Source: Podarcis pityusensis (Eukaryota). Taken from it: a stretch of 64,000 nt of DNA. The position numbers and the translations under genes were made by a program. Below are positions 57,301-64,000 of the stretch, piece by piece. The stretch lies in NCBI GenBank assembly GCA_964106645.2, contig OZ067038.1; one strand, 5' to 3'. The first letter of the stretch is position 1, and each line of letters opens with the position of its first letter. The notes below the pieces were generated by a model. The model did no database searches and was not told the DNA's origin. It saw only the letters and a program-made list of their open reading frames with translations.

Positions 57301-60053
57301 TACAGGATGTCTTGTATGTGTCAGTTTGTTACCCTTCGTTTTACTGGAGTTTATCCGCATGACTTAACCATCTGATCAGTTCAATATGCATCTGGACACT
57401 AACCATATGATGTTGTCCTTCAAAAGGCAAAAGAAGCCTCGCAGGTGAGCCAGAGGTTTTGAACAATAGAGTCTGAAACCTATTCCCGCTTTACATTCTC
57501 GACAGTACAACATGTTGTAGGTGCTGGGGAAAAAAGACCAGGTGTGCAGTCAGCATTCCATAATCTGCTTTATGACCAAACTAGGGGCTTCAGCCATCAT
57601 AAGCAACATTTTTGGAATTTGCCCTAGAAAATCCAGAATTATTCAGTTATAAAAACCAAATTTAGAGTAACTTTTCAGAAGTATGCATCTTTCCATTAGT
57701 AGATAGCAGGCATAGGCAAACTCGGCCCTCCAGATCTTTTGGGACTACAATTCCCATCATCTCTGACTGGTCCTGCTAGCTAGGGATCATGGGAGTTGTA
57801 GGCCAAAAACATCTGGAGGGCCGAGTTTGCCTATGCCTGGTATATAGCTTCCAAGTTTACAGGGGAGAGGGGTGTTGCAAAAGCCTGTATGAACATATTC
57901 CTTGTGATAAGAATGCAGCATGGTTTCCTTACTACAGAATATGCATCCTTAAACAAAAGATGCTGCATTCATCCAAAATATTTACAAAGAAGTCCTATGA
58001 GGGCAGCGGTGGGAGAATCCAAGGTGGATGAGAAACCAAATCGAAAGCTCTGCGGAGCTGGTAGGGCAGAAAATTGGGGTGGGGAACAAGGAGGATGTTT
58101 CCAAATTTCTTCTTTCACTGGTTCCCATAACATCTTATTGTTTTCACAGTCAGAAAGCTAGAGAAGGCAGAAACCTTTCTCTGCCCAGATCTTTATCTAT
58201 ACTCTTCTAGGACCCCAGGATACCCGCCCCAGGAAACAAAGGAAAGAAGAGATGCAAAAAGAGCCATTTCTCGGAGACAAAGGGTGCTCACTGGGAATGA
58301 AATAAACATTTACTTAAGCCAGGCATTTTATTTTGAAAAAGTACTAAAAAAAACAAGTCTGGCAAATCAAGTATTTATTTCATTAGCCACCTTCCCCAAG
58401 TCACATGCAAATAGAACAAAAAGGTGGCATAGGGTTCCAAGATATTCTTGCTCTTCTAAGCATCTGATGTAGTAAATTTTAATTAAAAAACAAACTCACC
58501 ATCCATTGAGGTCTCCCTCAATGCAGACCATCAATTTATCTTCCACTACAACATCATTTGTAACCTCTGAAAAGAGCAGACCTTTTGCAGATTGAATAAA
58601 GCTAAGCATTCATCAATACATTACATTCAAACACTTTATTTCATTTAATATTTATTCAGGGACCTGTTAAGACACCTGTAAATTATTCAAATAAATCTCA
58701 TAGAAACAAGACTATCTTCATGCTTGAAAAATAAGAGACATCTACTGCTAGAATTACTGCAACATGCACTTTAGGTTTAATATATATTATTACAGGCATA
58801 TTTAAATTACTGAAGCATTTTACGCAAGCTAAATCTAAATTAAAAATGTCACTTTCAGAAATCATAGTAGAAAAGGGACTCTCACTGAAGATTGCAAAAG
58901 TGGATTCCTGTTATGATAGAAATTAATGCTGTACTTTGGAATTCACACCATTATTTAGATCATGGCTTGATGTTGATTTATTTAACATTTGTTAAGATTA
59001 AACAGTTTATTGGTTTGGAAATGAAAGCTTCTGAACTCCTCATGGCTATGCCACATGAGGAGACGAGGCGGGAATCACCCCAACAGAAGGCTCTCCACAG
59101 CTTATTCACATCACACTAAATTGGTTTAGTGTGTGAATGTGAATGTGGCCTTCTCAGCCTCAGAATGGTTGTGGGAATAAGGGCAAGTGGAGTGTCATAT
59201 ATGGCCTGAGGTCCACATTCATGCTTGGTCAACCCTGTAGGGTCTCTCTCTCTATATATATATACACACTACTCTCTGTCTCTCTCTCTCTCTCTCCTGC
59301 TGCCAATACTGGCAAGGTCTCATGGGACTACATCATTTTTGTTTTTTAAATGTATTTTTATTGCTTTTATTTCTTATGCATTATATTTCAGTTTGAATTA
59401 CATTTGAATTACAAGAAAATACAACATAAGAAATGAAAGCAATCAAAATCAAACAGCACATGGCAGAAGACATCACAAAAATCATGAGCCACGACCACCA
59501 ACATTTTTCAAGTGGCCAGCGGGGGGGGGGGGGGAGAGAGTTTTGAGCTTCGCACGATCCCTACATAAATGTAACAGGTGTAATGATAACCCGTGTACAT
59601 TGCCACGTGCGACAACAATCCTGCGTGTATTTATTTGAACATCTGTGCAGCCTGACTGATGAAGAGCCCGGTGTAGCTCGGAAGTTCGCACCTTTTCTTT
59701 TTCTAAAGAAAAGAAAGCGCCTTTCCCTTTTCGCTCCGAGGCTGCCAACCCAACACTCAAAAGAGTGTGACTCACTCACTGAAGCAAACGAGAAGGCGGA
59801 GCTTCTCCTCCTGGGCGCAGAGATGAAGCGAGTCGCCCAGCACCGAACGGCAACCGCGGCACTGGTAGAGCACGCAGTCCTCCAGCCTGAGACTCCGGGA
59901 GCCCGGAACCCGCTCCCCGGGGTTCTCCGGAGGCTTTGCGCTTTGCTGACCATGGCGGCAGCTCTTCGTCCCGGGTTCCGCCCGATCCACCCTGATCACG
60001 CCTCCCAGTTGGGGCTCCTGGAAGAAAAGCTCCAGCTGCCGCCGCACGGCCAT
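54164..60053 (-). CDS. OIP5: OIP5 / Mis18beta, complete CDS, 232 aa; join(complement 59780-60053, 58500-58566, 57404-57523, 56105-56186, 54164-54319)
   Basis: 699 nt spliced; Yippee/Mis18 zinc ligands CRGC and CREC; DCVLYQCRGCRSVLGDS, KVTNDVVVE, CTYNMLYCREC, LRGFFCL, CYLLKTK; C-terminal coiled coil LKESLVLAHIRIERL. Confidence 0.95.
55429..55554. repeat. Long inverted repeat (53-bp arms, 20-nt spacer)
   Basis: 55429-55481 versus 55502-55554, about 48 of 53 complementary. Confidence 0.85.
56105..56186 (-). CDS. OIP5: OIP5 exon 4
   Basis: tttcag|CYLLKTKTTIEASKMTCPPVSLKEQVQK|gtaagt. Confidence 0.94.
57404..57523 (-). CDS. OIP5: OIP5 exon 3
   Basis: ccccag|CTYNMLYCRECKAGIGFRLYCSKPLAHLRGFFCLLKDNII|gttagt. 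Confidence 0.95.
57707..57839. mobile_element. hAT-type MITE
   Basis: 29-bp perfect TIRs CAGGCATAGGCAAACTCGGCCCTCCAGAT; 8-bp TSD GTAGATAG / GTATATAG. Confidence 0.85.
58500..58566 (-). CDS. OIP5: OIP5 exon 2
   Basis: tttcag|KVTNDVVVEDKLMVCIEGDLNG|gtgagt. Confidence 0.94.
59780..60053 (-). CDS. OIP5: OIP5 exon 1 coding part
   Basis: MAVRRQLELFFQEP...CVLYQCRGCRSVLGDSLHLC...LVCF|gtgagt. Confidence 0.9.
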
Positions 60054-60505
60054 GTTTCTTCCCGCCAACTTTTCAAACTCAGTCCCCACCCCCTGGGGCG
60101 CCTATTGGGGCAGTCCCTCATGACGCTAGCAGGCTTTCCCCCCTCCGATTGGGTGCCGCTCTTACTCATCAAGCTTTCCCCAACCAGTCGCGTTTTCCAC
60201 CCAAGGGGCGCTTTTGTTTTACCTCGGAGCGTGTGGAGAGCCGGAGAAGCCTTCGCGCCTTTTCGAAACAAGGAAACGAAACGGTGGTGGGGTTTGTTTG
60301 TTGTTTGTTTGTTTGTTTGTTTGTCCGGGGTTCCTATTGGCTACGAGCCTCCTTCGAGCCCCACCCACTTTCGCTTGCGGCTCGACCAATGAGACGGTGC
60401 GAGAGGTGATTTCGAAGGCAGCGCGGCTGGGAGGAAGGACGGCGAGCGCTGAGCGGGCTGGTTTGAAGTGCGGCGGTTGGAGCGGTCGGTTGGCTAGAGG
60501 CGAGC

Positions 60506-60598
60506 ATGGAGGCTCCTTCAGCGCAGCAGCTGGAGGCGCTCAAGTACGGCGAGCTGAGGCGCCTGGCCAAGAGCGCGGGGCTGAAGGCCAACCTCAAG
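60506..60598 (+). CDS. NUSAP1: NUSAP1 exon 1 coding part
   Basis: agcATGG start; [20 protein letters not shown]|gtgcgg. Confidence 0.93.
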
Positions 60599-63500
60599 GT
60601 GCGGGGGCTGCGCGCAGTGAAGCGGGGCTGGGGAGGGACGACTGGGTGCGGGCGAGGCGAAATGTGAGAGGGCGTTTTTCGGAACGAGAGTCGAGTAACA
60701 TGGCCGCCGTTCTTTAGCCGTCTAACTTGCCTTGTGAGCCTCACAGGAGCTCGCGCGCCCAGGACGATCTAATTAACTTGACACAAGCTATAGCTTAGGG
60801 CCCCACTCTCTTGGGCCCCTCCCTAACAAAAATTAAAGGAAAAAAACTTGGCTTTCCAAAATATAAGATAAAAAACCAAATAAAATAAAACCTACACACA
60901 GCAACAGTGTTTTGTGTTGTGTATGGACCAATTAGGTTCCTAAATTACCATACAGCATACATTCAACGCAAAAAACAGCTACAATTTGTTGTTGACAAAG
61001 GACAGCTGGACATATAAAGGGCCCCATTACCTTCAGTTGCTTAGGGCCTCATCAAACCTAAATCTGGCCCTGCACACACTAGTGGCCAAAATTGTGGAAA
61101 CCTTTTGGGAAAAGTGTATTTCTGAGGTTTGGTCGCTCATAACACTACCTTTTTTGGAGCAATACCATAAAATTATGTATCAATGGAAAGATAATTTAAT
61201 GAAGAATATAATGCAACAAAGTTTGTTCAGTTACCTGTATTCTATCAATACAATTCTATCAGCAAAAACGTTAAATTGCGACCCGCGCGTGCACCGACGT
61301 GGCGCTGCGGGTTGCAGACGTGCCTCCCGCATGGATCGCATTCGCTACCTGAGGTTCCACTGTACATCCGAGGCGCTAGTCCATATGAATGTGCCCACTC
61401 AAGTTGCCTAGTCAATTTGAAACGGGCGCCCTACTCAAAACAATTATGCCAGAGGGCGATCTTTTCTAGATTGCTTTCCTGTGTTGCATTTAACTGGCCG
61501 CAAACAAACACCAACTGGCACCAGCTTTGTAGCGAGTGCTTCTAGATGGCTTTATTGTGGGATCAGGGCTTACCCGTTGCACCCCTTTGTATACAAATTG
61601 GGGGTTGGCTTTTGCTGTCCAACTCCCCAAGGATATTCAAGTGCCCTGAGTCCATGATGGGTCAGAGAAGAATAGCCCACATACTTTCCATCAAGTTCTG
61701 CCTGCTGGTGTGAACAGCAAGTGGTGGAACAGCAGTGAATGTTATCACTACAAAAACAGTGTATGGAAGCTAATGTGCCAAAGACACAGAAAAATCTGGT
61801 CTGAATGACTTCTTTGTGGTATTAAATATCCTTTCCTAGGAGCACCCAGTATGTTCCTCTTTCTCAAATACAGGGTCCCCAATTCTGTTAGCTGAACCAT
61901 ATAGCAGTGAAAGACTATGTAACCTATTTCTATACCTAATGTTTTGCCAGGAGTGCCTGGCATGCTCTGGTCCATGGGGTCACGAAGAGTCGGACACGGC
62001 TAAACAACAATGTTTTGCCAACTTGAAAAGACTGCCCATTCTTATTACTCAATATAATCTATCAGTATGATCTATCATGACTTGTCTATTTAATTTAAAG
62101 TGACTTATAATGATGTATTTAATTTTATATGAAAAAACCTGGTGAAATGAAACCTTGTGTACACTGATCTCACATTATGCTGTAACTGTTTTGTAGGCAG
62201 ACAAGTTGTTACATTTGTTGAAGCAGCACTTCCTTTCATCAGTAAAGGAAAATGGAAGTATGGTAAGCACAAAATATATTTGGCCTATCAATTTCTGTGT
62301 TTTTCATTGCCTTTAAAACACCATGCTCACTTGTTAATTATGCATATGCTGGCGCAGAAGCGATTCTCACCTGATTTTTATCAGAATTATTCTTGGGGTA
62401 TAAACTGTAAACCATTTTCTGAAATCACCAAATAAGTGATTTGAGTTTCAGCTAGGTGGGAAAATCTCCCCATGTTGCTTCTTCAATGTTTACAAATAAT
62501 TTGGAAATAAGAATGATGTGGTCCAATTTACTTGGTACAGGTAAACAAAAGAGGCTTATCTACAGATACAGATGAGCTGGACAGCAGTCAAAGGCTTGTA
62601 AACGAGTCCATGGTGACTAAAAGGCGTAGAAAACAGAAATATGATGATGCCCAGGGAAACCCAGAAGGAAAAACAGAACTTCCAGAGAAAGAGGTGACTT
62701 TATGTATCATTGAGTCTTTGTATTGTAAATATTTACCTGCTGCTTTTGGAAGTTTAAGTTGGTATTTTGTGCTTTTGAAAAGAGTTTTATATGAAAAGGC
62801 TATAGTGCTTTATGCGATGATCAAAAGGTAACAACATTTACGAGTTTTGTGTAGTATGTCCTTCAAAAAGGTGTCAAGAAATGTCTGATCCTGAACCCTG
62901 TATAAATTAAGTTATGAATAAGTTACTTTGTAACATTGTTAGTTATTGGGTGCAAAGAACTATTCAGTGTACTCTCCAGCTTTTGAAATCCATGTTCTGA
63001 TCGCCCTATCATTTGCCTGTATATTTACAAGCATGCATTGAAGCCCTAAGGCTTTCTTTTACTGTTCTACTGTAGCAGAAAAGCAAAATGCTTATTTACA
63101 AGTTTATTTTTTTGAACTTCAGATTCTGACAGAGGTGACAGAATGTGAAGAGGCCCAGGAAGTTGAGTCTAGAAAAATGCTGAAGACCAGCCAAAACAAG
63201 TGTCTATTGAACAGTGGAACTGTAGAAAATTTAGCAGATAACTCAGATACTGAAGGTCAACAAAAAGAGAAAAAAACCAGAAGAAAGGGAGGTAAAGTAA
63301 CTTGTGCTTTTAAGTAAAATGCTTGTTTTGTACTAGTTCAGTACAGTGTGGGGGGCAAGCTGTTGTCTATATTTTCACACTCAGTAAAATCTAGGATTCT
63401 TGGGAGCTGAACAATAGTTTGTAGACAGTAGTGGCAGCAGTGTGCAGTGCTGCTCAGGCTAGTAGTCTCGTGAAGGATCTAATGTGAGAGGAGCTTTAAT

Positions 63501-63811
63501 GTACCACTTTTATTTTCCTCTTTGTCATCAGCATGCTCAACAAAATCACCATTTCACAAAGTCATTAGTAGAAAGCCTTAGCAAACATTACACTCATATG
63601 AAAGATTATCTGATTGAAACTTGAATAGCTAAATTTGTCCTGCTTAACTTAAGAAATTTGAAAATGTTAAGAACAGTTTGAAATTGTAGCACTATTGTTG
63701 CCCAATAATTTTCAAGTTTTCTCCCATATCTGTTTCCATCAGGTAGGATTCTTGTGGATCCTGTCTCTGAAAAGAAACCTGGGAGAAAAGGATTTGTTTC
63801 TACCACTCCAA
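60506..63811 (+). CDS. NUSAP1: NUSAP1, 5' part of CDS; join(60506-60598, 62197-62262, 62541-62693, 63123-63291, 63743-63811); gene continues past the right edge
   Basis: N-terminal SAP-like segment [43 protein letters not shown]; exon 5 ends in ...STTP, matching the conserved TTPNF motif; head-to-head with OIP5. Confidence 0.92.
61950..62008 (+). mobile_element. BovB/RTE LINE extreme 3' end, 59 bp
   Basis: GTCCATGGGGTCACGAAGAGTCGGACACGGCTAAACAAC tail; perfect 12-bp TSD AATGTTTTGCCA (61938-61949 and 62009-62020). Confidence 0.82.
62197..62262 (+). CDS. NUSAP1: NUSAP1 exon 2
   Basis: ttgtag|[22 protein letters not shown]|gtaagc. Confidence 0.9.
62541..62693 (+). CDS. NUSAP1: NUSAP1 exon 3
   Basis: gtacag|VNKRGLSTDTDELDSS...VTKRRRKQK...LPEKE|gtgact. 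Confidence 0.82.
63123..63291 (+). CDS. NUSAP1: NUSAP1 exon 4
   Basis: cttcag|ILTEVTECEE...KKTRRKG|gtaaag. Confidence 0.8.
63743..63811 (+). CDS. NUSAP1: NUSAP1 exon 5
   Basis: catcag|GRILVDPVSEKKPGRKGFVSTTP|gtaagt. Confidence 0.85.
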
Positions 63812-64000
63812 GTAAGTAGCATTAATATAGCTGACCTGCAATAGGATAAAATATTAACCTATTTTTACATGAATCTAAATGTTTAAATGCACAGGTGCTG
63901 TTTTTATCTTTCGCTTTGCCATTTGTTTGTTAAATCACACTGCTGTGCTTATTTTAAAAAATATGTGGGAAAGATTTTTATGGAAGAATTTTGCAGCAAA

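Larger units (their letters stand above)
59750..60780. promoter_or_regulatory. CpG island, OIP5/NUSAP1 bidirectional cell-cycle promoter
   Basis: ATGs about 450 bp apart; CCAAT boxes at 60104, 60148, 60336 and 60386; CHR TTTGAA at 60462-60467 (+) and 60072-60077 (-); E2F-type TTCCCGCCAA 60059-60068. Confidence 0.88.

Noticed and set aside
59583-60392. 269-aa + strand ORF
   Set aside because: Antisense shadow of OIP5 exon 1 running through a GC-rich promoter and a GTTT microsatellite; no recognisable domain.
63538-63551. CAACAAAATCACCA, a 14-nt identity to the 3'-pairing half of the Cyrano miR-7 site
   Set aside because: Lies in a NUSAP1 intron, lacks the seed match, and is A/C-rich; most likely chance.
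1-64000. CRISPR arrays, rRNA, prokaryotic operons
   Set aside because: The sequence is intron-containing vertebrate DNA; no regularly spaced repeat-spacer array or rRNA-like sequence was seen.

Overview
AT-rich vertebrate genomic DNA from a squamate reptile, probably a lacertid lizard (Sauria SINEs, BovB tail, Penelope-like and L2 repeats). It holds the conserved amniote block EXD1(-) / CHP1(+) / OIP5-AS1 = Cyrano lncRNA(+) / OIP5(-) / NUSAP1(+). By hand I spliced the complete CHP1 CDS (7 exons, 195 aa), the complete OIP5/Mis18beta CDS (5 exons, 232 aa), the first 5 coding exons of EXD1 and the first 5 of NUSAP1. All have GT-AG junctions and consistent phases. The ORF track misses the main non-coding element. 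A CpG-island promoter at about 37.0-38.3 kb drives a Cyrano orthologue, whose roughly 8-kb terminal exon contains the extensively paired miR-7 site (46863-46888; a known target-directed miRNA degradation trigger in mammals). About 65 nt upstream of it is a miR-25/92 site with unusually long 3' pairing. Two Penelope-derived long fold-backs each carry a minimal hammerhead ribozyme core in the sense direction of their host intron (EXD1 and Cyrano). Gene and repeat names come from my recognition of the sequences; no database searches were run.
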